Source: Eubacteriales bacterium (GTDB taxonomy: Bacteria > Bacillota > Clostridia > Christensenellales > CAG-138). Taken from it: a stretch of 64,000 nucleotides of DNA. Below the pieces are notes generated by a model. That model was not told the origin of the DNA. It worked only from the letters and a program-made list of their open reading frames with translations, and searched no databases. Position numbers and translations under genes: made by a program. Where the stretch lies: assembly GCA_021373115.1 (NCBI GenBank), contig JAJFTI010000002.1, forward strand, positions 25,868 through 89,867, in the 5' to 3' direction. Below, in pieces: positions 54,489 through 62,983 of this stretch (the stretch's first letter is position 1; every line of letters begins with the position of its first letter).

Positions 54489-56057
54489 ATGCAAGTGATA
54501 ACGGTATATGAAAATGGTACAGCCCGCCAAATCGAAGGAACAATCGGTGAGTCGCTGCACCGCGCGCTCCTGGCAGAAGGAGGGGAGGTGGATTCGCCTT
54601 GCGGCGGGAACCAGAAATGCGGGAAATGTGTTGTAAAAGCCGAGGGTGCGTTGTCCGAAATGAACAGCGAGGAGCGCCGCTTGCTCGGCAGCCGCGCGGA
54701 TTCGTTTCGGCTTGCCTGCTTCGCCACTGTACTTGGGGATTGCAGCGTTACGATCCTGCCGAAGGCGGCGTTGAAGGTCGTTACGGATTATCAGCCGTGC
54801 GACGCGGGGGGAGAAACCGTTTATTCCGAAGGCTTTGGCGCGGCAATCGATATTGGAACAACCACGATTGCCGCATACCTGTTTTCCCCGCAGACGAAAG
54901 AACCGCTGGCCTCTGCCGGCGAGTATAATCATCAGCAAAAGTACGGTGCGGACGTGATCACACGGATTGCTTATTCCAAAGAGCACGGCGTCGGCGTTCT
55001 ATGCGATACGATTCTTCATCAGCTTTCCGATATGCTCAAGGGTCTCTGCCGGGAGGCCGGCGTTTCTGCGCAAGAGCTCAGAACGCTGGTCATCACCGGA
55101 AATACGACGATGCTGCACTTCTATGCGGGGCTATATGCTTATCCAATCGCGATTGCGCCGTATACGCCCGCGAGTCTGTTCGGCGACTGGTATCCATCGT
55201 TGATCCCCGAATTTGAGCATGCTTCGATTTATTTACCACCGTGTATTTCCGCTTATGTAGGCGCCGATATTACATGCGGCGCTTTAGCGAGCAATCTGGC
55301 GGAGCGTGGCGGAAATTGGATGCTGATCGACGTTGGCACAAACGGAGAAATGATGCTGAAAGCCCGGGATATGCTCGCCTGCTGTTCCACGGCGGCGGGG
55401 CCGGCTTTTGAAGGCGCGGGCATCTCCTGCGGCAGCGGCGCGGTTCCGGGTGCAATCGACAAGGTGACGCTCTGCGAGGATAAGGTTCTGTATTCGACGA
55501 TTGGCGGCGGGGCGGCGAAAACGCTGTGCGGTTCCGGCTTGATTGACGCCGCAGCTATATACTTGAATCTGGAAGCGATCAATCGAAACGGAAAGCTGAA
55601 GGAAGGGAAGAGCCTGAACATAGGCGATTCGCGCGTTACGCTGACGCAAATGGACATCCGACAGCTCCAGCTGGCCAAGAGCGCCATACGTGCCGGAATT
55701 GATACGCTGCTGCACGAATGCGGCATTGAATATGAGCATTTGGACGGAATTCTGCTATGCGGCGGATTTGGCAGTTATCTCAATCCCTGCTCCGCCGGAA
55801 CAATCGGCCTGATTCCGCAGGAATGGGTCGCGAAAACCAGCGCGATCGGCAATGCGGCCGGACAAGGCGCCGCGATGATTCTGCAAAGCAAAACCGCTCT
55901 TAAAAAGGCACACCAAATCGCCGAAAAAGCCGTAACGGTGGAATTATCGACAAACAGATTCTTTTTGGACCGATTTATGGAACGGATGGCGTTTGGGGAA
56001 GAGATCCTTTCGCCGGGGCGCCGCGCTTCGAAAACGGCGCCAGATCGAAACGGATAA
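54489..56057 (+). CDS. Corrinoid reductive activase (RACo/RamA-like; [2Fe-2S] ferredoxin + ASKHA/DUF4445 ATPase)
   Basis: N-terminal plant-type ferredoxin motif PCGGNQKCGKCVV...LAC. ASKHA-like phosphate motifs AAIDIGTTTIAAYL and LIDVGTNGEM. Architecture matches COG3894 activators. Confidence 0.8.
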   Translation: MQVITVYENGTARQIEGTIGESLHRALLAEGGEVDSPCGGNQKCGKCVVKAEGALSEMNSEERRLLGSRADSFRLACFATVLGDCSVTILPKAALKVVTDYQPCDAGGETVYSEGFGAAIDIGTTTIAAYLFSPQTKEPLASAGEYNHQQKYGADVITRIAYSKEHGVGVLCDTILHQLSDMLKGLCREAGVSAQELRTLVITGNTTMLHFYAGLYAYPIAIAPYTPASLFGDWYPSLIPEFEHASIYLPPCISAYVGADITCGALASNLAERGGNWMLIDVGTNGEMMLKARDMLACCSTAAGPAFEGAGISCGSGAVPGAIDKVTLCEDKVLYSTIGGGAAKTLCGSGLIDAAAIYLNLEAINRNGKLKEGKSLNIGDSRVTLTQMDIRQLQLAKSAIRAGIDTLLHECGIEYEHLDGILLCGGFGSYLNPCSAGTIGLIPQEWVAKTSAIGNAAGQGAAMILQSKTALKKAHQIAEKAVTVELSTNRFFLDRFMERMAFGEEILSPGRRASKTAPDRNG

Positions 56058-56147
56058 CGTTGCCATGCTCAGCCGATTCAGCTTGTCAAAGAGGGCCTAT
56101 ACCGTCCGGCAGTGTGCCGCGTCAGAAGGATACCGGAAGAAGGAAAT

Positions 56148-56780
56148 ATGAGCGAAGTTGTAGTTGCATGCTCCATGCTGGAGAACGAAATCAATCATAT
56201 CCTTCAAGCTGAAAATCTGCATTACGAGATACATTGGGTGGAGCGCGGCCTGCATCAGTCGCCGGAACTGCTCAACCGGGAACTGCAGAAAATTATCGGC
56301 TCGCTCGAAAAAAACTTCGATACGATCCTGCTCTGCTACGGCCTTTGCGGAAACGCGCTGCGCAATCTTCATTCGACAAGCGCCCGTATCGTCGCGATGC
56401 GCGTGGACGACTGTATCCAGATGCTGCTCAAGGGCGGCGAGAAGGACTGCCGCTGCGTCTATTTGACCGCCGGGTGGATCGACTCGGATAAATCGCTGGA
56501 AAACGAGCGCGCCGCCTTTGCGGCAAAGCACGGCGAAGCAAAATGCCGCCGCGTTTACAAGACCATCTTTAAGGAATACAGGGGGTTAAAACTGCTGGAT
56601 ACCGGCGCATACGATGTGGAACGATATCGGGAGCGGACAAAATCGCTCGCCGATACGTTGGAGCTGGAATACGGCGAGCAGACCGGGTCTGCCGAAGTGC
56701 TGCGCAAACTGCTCATACACGACTGGGACAAGGATATCGTTATCGCCGAGCCTGGTGAACCGTTGCGGTTCGATGGGTAA
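56148..56780 (+). CDS. DUF1638 domain protein
   Basis: VVACSMLENEI.., ..HQSPELLNRELQKII.. and ILLCYGLCGNAL fit my recollection of DUF1638, a family usually found next to corrinoid methyltransferase genes. Confidence 0.7.
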   Translation: MSEVVVACSMLENEINHILQAENLHYEIHWVERGLHQSPELLNRELQKIIGSLEKNFDTILLCYGLCGNALRNLHSTSARIVAMRVDDCIQMLLKGGEKDCRCVYLTAGWIDSDKSLENERAAFAAKHGEAKCRRVYKTIFKEYRGLKLLDTGAYDVERYRERTKSLADTLELEYGEQTGSAEVLRKLLIHDWDKDIVIAEPGEPLRFDG

Positions 56781-57140
56781 GGTACGGGATATCAACCGTT
56801 TTGATACCAGCTGAGGTTATCCCAAAATCGGACTCCAAGAATGTTTGGGCATCATTGATCTTTTCCGTTTGAAACGAACGGATGCTTTAAGGTCCGGATT
56901 GCTGTTTGCGCCGAAAGGTCTCTTCCGGATTTTTAAGTGAAAAATTAAAACTCCGATTGCTTAAAAACCCGGATCGTCCGGGCTGTTGTATATAAAAAAG
57001 GACTCGCGAAACGTATTATTTCGTGTAAATTCAGCTGGCGAAAACGACTAAAGCAGATAGAATGATATGGTGATCGGAAGGGGTTCTATTCCGGGTACGA
57101 TAGCCCAACAAGCATATTATGGTATCGTTTAAAATTTCCT

Positions 57141-57167
57141 TTGACGCAATCAATAAAGTGATATATT
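57141..57167 (+). promoter_or_regulatory. Possible extended -10 promoter of an orphan transcript
   Basis: TTGACG, 15 nt, TGaTATATT. The spacer is short, but a TGn extended -10 is present. Confidence 0.35.
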
Positions 57168-57448
57168 GTGAATGTATCATCCTTATTTAGATCAGTAATA
57201 GTTTGTCAACGGATGCCAAATTCTTAAAATAGCTGCCGTTGGATGAGCAAGGGTCGTTATTGGTGCTGCGGTTGGTGCGCTGCGTCGTGTTTTACTGTGG
57301 GAAAGACTAGTTAAAGAGTCCTCAATACTGAGAAGTTTGATACGCTGCCCGAAGCGCAAGCGGTGAGACAATGAGGATTACAAAGTTACAAAAATCAGGT
57401 TGTGTTCGAACCTCATTCGGCGGTCGTTCCTAGACCGTGGTTTCCATT

Positions 57449-57470
57449 GCAACCCAACAGGGTTGCTTTT
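57449..57470 (+). terminator. Rho-independent terminator with no annotated gene upstream
   Basis: GCAACCC-aaca-GGGTTGC followed by TTTTCTGATATTTTTT. Confidence 0.7.
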
Positions 57471-57555
57471 CTGATATTTTTTCCGGGTTATCAAACAGAG
57501 GCAATCATAAAAAACATACAAGAAGATAACTTCAACCATAATGGAGGTTATCCAC

Positions 57556-59181
57556 ATGAGAAAACCGGCTTGGTCAATTCTGATTGTCTTTCTTTCGATT
57601 CTCTTAACTGGCTGTTATCATACAACAGATAGTGACATTCTGTCTGAAACACCTGCGATTTCTACAACTCCGAAACGGATAGCTGTGCCATCGAATTCGC
57701 CTTCACCGACGCCGGCGGTTAAGCGAGATATCGAGGGCACTTTTCGCGTTTGGATGAGTTTAAACCATCCGGGTGAATTGCTGGATACAACCACATGGAA
57801 ATATGTATACGAAAATGTGGATACCCTCCAAATCCGTATCTATGACCTGAACGAAACCGACTCGGATGATCTGTTCGACTTTGCTGCATTACTCAACAGC
57901 TCCGGCATACGGCTTTCGATCGAGTGCGAAGGCCTTGATTATACGATCTGTGAGAATTACAAGGGTGATCCGGAATCGATCGGCAGACTCAGCGCAATGC
58001 AGGAAGTTGCTCAACTGGAAAGGCTGAGGAAGGCGGGATATAAGCCGGATTATGTTATGTTTGATCATCCTGTCACGCGAGCGGTATTCCCTTACGAAGA
58101 TTTTAAGCAAATGCCACAAGTTACCTATGCGGAAGCGGCAGAAGCGCTGGAATATTGCATGAAATGCTGGCGGGAAACATATCCGGATATACAGTTCTTT
58201 TATTGTCCTAACTTTCCTAACCATGGATGGAAAGGAGGATTCGCGTACTGGTATTTGCACGATGAATACGGACGCGGTGATTTCTATGAGGAATTGCAGG
58301 CGGTATTGCAGGTAACTCGGGAAGGAGGAGTGGAATTTGAAGGGCTGATTTGCGATAACCCGTACGATTACATAACTGGCAAGATGAACAGCAATCAAAA
58401 GAATATTTCAAAGGGTATCAATTGGTTTGAACGCGTTATGGATCTGGAACAAGAGGTCAGGAACGCAGGGCTTCAATTCGCGCTGATTTATAATTCCGAT
58501 CAGCCTGGGATGAAAGGCCCGGCAGGTTCGTACTATCTTGACACACTCAAGTTTATCAACGAATATGCGGAAGAAGGAGGCGTTACGGATTTCGCTGTCA
58601 TAGAATCCTGGTATCCGTACCCCGCCGCCTGGGTGCCTGAAGACGCGCCTTATACGATGACCAATCTGACAAGAGATGTTATTCGTCAGCTTAAATACGA
58701 TCAGATTGCGGACTTGGAAAATGTCGACATGTCCGTCGGCGCGGTGCCCCGTGACACCATGCGTACAGACCAGTGGCAATTTGACAGCCGCGTGGAAGGT
58801 TGGATTGAGCAGAATGATATAACCGAAATGCGCTGTGAGAAGGGCACGCTGTACATCAACTGTACCGGAAGCGATCCCTACCTTTTTTCAGCGCCGGATC
58901 TGCATATTCCGGCTGATCAATACAGCAGGCTACTCATCAGGATCAAATATTCGGATTCTCTGACAGGGCTCCAGGTCTTCTTCGGACCAAATGGTCCGCC
59001 CGATTTCTCTGCGGATAGATGTTATACCGTTTCAGATGATTTCTCAGCGGGAGAATATGCCGACATCATGATAGATCTTAGTTCCCACCCATTATGGAAG
59101 GGCGATATTGGCAGGCTGCGCATCGACCCTGCCAGCCAGCCATGCGACGTTTGGATAGACAGTATCATATTAGAACCATGA
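57556..59181 (+). CDS. Hypothetical lipoprotein (541 aa)
   Basis: GGAGG lies 8 nt before ATG 57556. Signal peptide and lipobox MRKPAWSILIVFLSILLTGC, Ser/Pro/Thr linker. The C-terminal ~130 aa look like a beta-sandwich accessory module (..LRIDPASQPCDVWIDSIILEP). Confidence 0.7.
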   Translation: MRKPAWSILIVFLSILLTGCYHTTDSDILSETPAISTTPKRIAVPSNSPSPTPAVKRDIEGTFRVWMSLNHPGELLDTTTWKYVYENVDTLQIRIYDLNETDSDDLFDFAALLNSSGIRLSIECEGLDYTICENYKGDPESIGRLSAMQEVAQLERLRKAGYKPDYVMFDHPVTRAVFPYEDFKQMPQVTYAEAAEALEYCMKCWRETYPDIQFFYCPNFPNHGWKGGFAYWYLHDEYGRGDFYEELQAVLQVTREGGVEFEGLICDNPYDYITGKMNSNQKNISKGINWFERVMDLEQEVRNAGLQFALIYNSDQPGMKGPAGSYYLDTLKFINEYAEEGGVTDFAVIESWYPYPAAWVPEDAPYTMTNLTRDVIRQLKYDQIADLENVDMSVGAVPRDTMRTDQWQFDSRVEGWIEQNDITEMRCEKGTLYINCTGSDPYLFSAPDLHIPADQYSRLLIRIKYSDSLTGLQVFFGPNGPPDFSADRCYTVSDDFSAGEYADIMIDLSSHPLWKGDIGRLRIDPASQPCDVWIDSIILEP

Positions 59182-59240
59182 ATACTAGGTCGCCAAGATT
59201 ACGGATGGTGTATGCAGGATGACGGACGGGACTAATTTAG

Positions 59241-59351
59241 CAGTACATCCGAAGCGGCGAGCTGCTTTACTCTGACGGCACAAGCACTACTTTCTCAGTT
59301 TCCGAGGACACGCTTACTATGAATGACGGCACAATCTTCAGACGCGACTAG
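59241..59351 (+). pseudogene. Possible 3' remnant of a gene (36 codons, no start)
   Basis: The open frame QYIRSGELLYSDGTSTTFSVSEDTLTMNDGTIFRRD* follows a TAG. It reads like the beta-strand-rich C-terminus of a small secreted protein and has no RBS or start. Confidence 0.3.
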
Positions 59352-59535
59352 AAACTGGCCGAACAGTATACTTGTCTTCCGATTGAATTGCATGATGGCG
59401 GGCGATGCCATCAATTAGGGCTGTGTAACATTCTGAAATATGGGGGATTTTATTGATTTTTTGATACTGGCTAAATTACACTTATAAATGGTTGGATATT
59501 TTATCACAATGGTTTTGACACAAAGGAGTAAACAT

Positions 59536-60396
59536 ATGAAACTCATCAAACGCGTTATCGTTTTGCTTTTTTCGATGATTTTAGCAGTTACTTCTTTTTC
59601 CTGCGCACAAAACAAAACCGTTGCGCTCGCCGCTACGCCGGAACCGACGTTCACGACAGCGCCGACCACCGCACCGACGGCGACGCCGAGCCCGTCGCCG
59701 ACTGCAACGCCGTTTTTCAGCGTGGAACGAACCGATGAGCTTAATCAACAGTTCCAGGATTTTTTGAATAAGGAAGGTGAATTTACTGCGAAAAAAATTT
59801 CATCAATGATGTTTCGAATAGCAAATGAAAAGGATAAAAAAACGATGACTTTAGGTCTTATTAGTAATGCATTAAAATTCGAGGGTTATTTTTTTGATTA
59901 TTTTGAAAAAGATGATAATTTAATTTTATTAATAGGGTTTGATGGAAAAGATGGTAGTCGATTCGTGACACCACTGCAAATTCCATTATATTTTTACGAA
60001 GGTGAACCAAAAGCTCGTTTTGCTTTTATTAAACATTATGTAGAAACTGCTTATGATGAGGGTGTCGCTACAATAACTAGTGAAAATATTCGTGATGTAT
60101 ATACCCAATTAAATAACTTAAAAGGTAAATGCATTGCTTTTGATCCTACAATAAAAACTTTTCCCGTTTCAGATGAATATCCTGATGTGGATAAGACTTA
60201 CTTAAAAGAATATAACTCAAAAGTTGGTTTGCAACAGAAATTAATTCTATCTTTAAATATTAATGGATTAAACCCGAATTATGATTTTGAGAGTGTTCCA
60301 GATAATAGAGATATTCTAGCGGTAGAAAATATTAATGATATCAACAATATTGATATATCAAATGTACCTTTGATTAAGAATATTTATTTTGAATAA
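59536..60396 (+). CDS. Hypothetical lipoprotein with compositionally chimeric gene
   Basis: AAGGAG lies 7 nt before ATG 59536. Signal peptide and lipobox LAVTSFSC, GC-rich Pro/Thr/Ala linker, then a very AT-rich domain of about 200 aa with no family recognised. Confidence 0.65.
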   Translation: MKLIKRVIVLLFSMILAVTSFSCAQNKTVALAATPEPTFTTAPTTAPTATPSPSPTATPFFSVERTDELNQQFQDFLNKEGEFTAKKISSMMFRIANEKDKKTMTLGLISNALKFEGYFFDYFEKDDNLILLIGFDGKDGSRFVTPLQIPLYFYEGEPKARFAFIKHYVETAYDEGVATITSENIRDVYTQLNNLKGKCIAFDPTIKTFPVSDEYPDVDKTYLKEYNSKVGLQQKLILSLNINGLNPNYDFESVPDNRDILAVENINDINNIDISNVPLIKNIYFE

Positions 60397-60811
60397 TATA
60401 GCGGTCAATACTCTGAAATGCTGCCCCTAGGGGTTCCAATTTTTGAGCGCAAAATCGTTCAAAATAGTTGTAAGAACTGCAAGAGAGCTACATAATCCCT
60501 TCGGAAAAAATACCTACCCCCAAACGCTCAAATTTGAGCGCTTTTCACATTTCTGAGCATAGAAAAATCCTACCGAAACCGTATCTGCTTCGGTGGGATT
60601 AGTTGAGTTAACCCTTACGAAGTGATACAATCGCGCAAATCAAAGAGGGTGGGTGCAAAAAAACGAGCATGTTTTATAACAAGTAAATTATGCTCAGATT
60701 AGCGTTCTGCTGGCGAACCGGCTGCATCCATGCTATGAATGCGTGTTGATTGATTATGTGATGATAAGCAGGGAACTCCTGCCGAGAAGAACTGCTCCTT
60801 GCATTCTATCA

Positions 60812-62218
60812 TCATATGGAATGCTGATGATTCGGGAGCGCCAGCGTAAACGTACTGCCTTCGTCAACTGTGCTCTTAACGCTGATTTCGCCGCCGTGCG
60901 CTTTTGCAATGGCTTGCGCGATAGCAAGCCCGATTCCACTGCCCCCGGTGTCGCGATTCCGAGAGGGGTCAGCGCGATAGAACCGTTCAAAGATGAACGG
61001 CAAATCTTCCGGCGCGATGCCGCAGCCGGTATCCCGAACGGAGAGAATCGCCTGATTTCCTTCGGTTTTCGATTCCAGCGATATACTCCCGCCCTTCGGA
61101 GTGAATTTCAGCGCGTTGAACAGAAGGTTCATAATTACCTGGCCGATCTTGTCCCGATCGGCAAACACAGTCGTTTTTTCGCCTGAAACGGTAAGCGAAA
61201 CGCCTTTTTTTTGCGCATCGCTTTCGCAGTTTTGCGCGGTCTGCGCGGCGAGCTGACGCAGATCGAACAAAACGCAGTTCAGCGCGAGCGTATCCGACTC
61301 ATAACGCGCGAGCGTACCAAGTTCGTCAACGAGCTTGGTCAGGCGTAAAATCTCTTCGCGACAGCTCGAGAGGTGCTCCTCGCTGGGTGTCCAAACGCCG
61401 TCCAGCATCGCCTCAACCGTGCTTTGCAGCGTAGTCAGCGGCGTGCGCAGTTCGTGCGCGACGTCCGCGGTGAGCCGCTTCCGCAGGCTCTCCTGCTCCT
61501 CCAGGGAAGCGGCGAGGCTGTTGACGGAGTGGGAGAGCGCGGTGAGTTCCGCTGTGTTTTCCTTTGGCGAGAGCCGTTCGCGATAGTCCCCGGTGGCGAT
61601 TTTACCCGTAGCGGAGATGACGTCCGTAATCGGCTTAGCAAGCCTGCGCGCAAGAAAAGTACCAACGAGTATACAAGCCGCCAGGGAGATTGCCCCCGCG
61701 ATGAGCAGCAGGCGGTTAAGCGCGCTTAAAAACTGCAGGTCGGTATCGCTGAAGTAATATGGCCCATAGTAGCCTACGGTGACGGTGCCGACGGCCGTTC
61801 CGTCAACGACGGCGGGGAAGCTCTGCTCTTCATATCCGCCCTGAAAGTTGGCATGATAGGACTGCATGTTCTGCGCCATGTTTTCAAGAATGCGCAAACA
61901 CATGCCGTTGTTATGCACCTGCGCGTCCCAGAGCACCGTGCCCGACGCATCCGCAACGCGCAAAATGAGCCCGTCGGTGAGCAGGCTCATGCCCGTCTCA
62001 TCCAAGCTGGAAACATTCCATCTCTCGCCGGAACGGACATAGAGATCCGTTACCTGCTCAACGGTGTTGGATATCGTTTGATTCAGCCGCGCCGTGGCGT
62101 AGTTTTCAAACTGCCTGCCTAAAAAGACGTTGGCAAACAAGCCGACGAGCGCGAGCGAAAACAGCGCGACCATCAGAAAAGAAAGCGTCAGTTTAATCCG
62201 TAAAGAGATTGGTTTCAT
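60812..62218 (-). CDS. Sensor histidine kinase (TM-sensor-TM-HAMP-HisKA-HATPase)
   Basis: H-box LTADVAHELRTPLT, N-box LLFNALKFTP, G-boxes VRDTGCGI and GGSGIGLAIA. Its start overlaps the stop of the response regulator gene. Confidence 0.9.
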   Translation of the reverse strand: MKPISLRIKLTLSFLMVALFSLALVGLFANVFLGRQFENYATARLNQTISNTVEQVTDLYVRSGERWNVSSLDETGMSLLTDGLILRVADASGTVLWDAQVHNNGMCLRILENMAQNMQSYHANFQGGYEEQSFPAVVDGTAVGTVTVGYYGPYYFSDTDLQFLSALNRLLLIAGAISLAACILVGTFLARRLAKPITDVISATGKIATGDYRERLSPKENTAELTALSHSVNSLAASLEEQESLRKRLTADVAHELRTPLTTLQSTVEAMLDGVWTPSEEHLSSCREEILRLTKLVDELGTLARYESDTLALNCVLFDLRQLAAQTAQNCESDAQKKGVSLTVSGEKTTVFADRDKIGQVIMNLLFNALKFTPKGGSISLESKTEGNQAILSVRDTGCGIAPEDLPFIFERFYRADPSRNRDTGGSGIGLAIAQAIAKAHGGEISVKSTVDEGSTFTLALPNHQHSI

Positions 62219-62910
62219 TGCTTTCCTCCACCAAAGCGGTAACCTACGCCATACACGGTAACAAGAAAGCGCGGCCGTTTTGCATCCGGCTCTATCTTTT
62301 GCCGGAGGTTCTTGATATGCGTATCGATCACGCGGTCGTACCCTTCGTAATCGTCCCGTAAAGCGAGGCTGATCAGTTCGTCCCGCGTGTAGGTGCGGTT
62401 CGGGTGCGTGGCCAGCGCGAGCAGCAGGCTGTATTCGCTGGGCGTGAGCGTTACGGCTTCGCCGTCGCGATAGACCGTCCGCGTATTGGCATTGATTACA
62501 AGCTGCCCGTCGTCGAAGCGCAGTTCGGCAGGCTGTTGGGACGCCGTACGGCGGAGCACGGCGTGTACGCGCGCAACCACCTGCCGCGGGCTGAAGGGTT
62601 TGGTCACGTAATCGTCCGCGCCGATGGCAAGCCCGCCAAGGATCGAGGCTTCTTCGGCTTTCGCCGTGAGCATGATAATTGGCGTTTCTCCGCGCGCGCG
62701 GATTTCGCGGCAGACCTCCTCGCCGGAACGCTTTGGCAGCATGAGGTCGAGCAGCACGAGTACGGGGGAGAGCGATGCATACAGGCGCAGCGCCTCCTCG
62801 CCGTCTTGCGCGCAGGCAACGGAAAATCCCTCCCGTTCGAGATAGGACTTCAGCACCTCCGCAATTTTCAGTTCGTCTTCCACGACGAGGATTGTTTCTT
62901 TACCTGCCAT
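62215..62910 (-). CDS. OmpR/PhoB family response regulator
   Basis: Receiver domain (ILVVEDE..LVLLDLMLP) plus a winged-helix output (..FLVTVYGVGYRF). Confidence 0.9.
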   Translation of the reverse strand: MAGKETILVVEDELKIAEVLKSYLEREGFSVACAQDGEEALRLYASLSPVLVLLDLMLPKRSGEEVCREIRARGETPIIMLTAKAEEASILGGLAIGADDYVTKPFSPRQVVARVHAVLRRTASQQPAELRFDDGQLVINANTRTVYRDGEAVTLTPSEYSLLLALATHPNRTYTRDELISLALRDDYEGYDRVIDTHIKNLRQKIEPDAKRPRFLVTVYGVGYRFGGGKQ

Positions 62911-62983
62911 ACGACTCCTGCTTGGCTATGCGGGTTGAGCGCAGCTTCAACTTCAGCATACGCTCAAAACCCGCGTTTGACAA

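Noticed and set aside
57402-57632. 76-aa plus-strand ORF overlapping the start of the 57556 lipoprotein gene
   Set aside because: It reads through a strong intrinsic terminator and the RBS of the lipoprotein gene. It has no RBS of its own.
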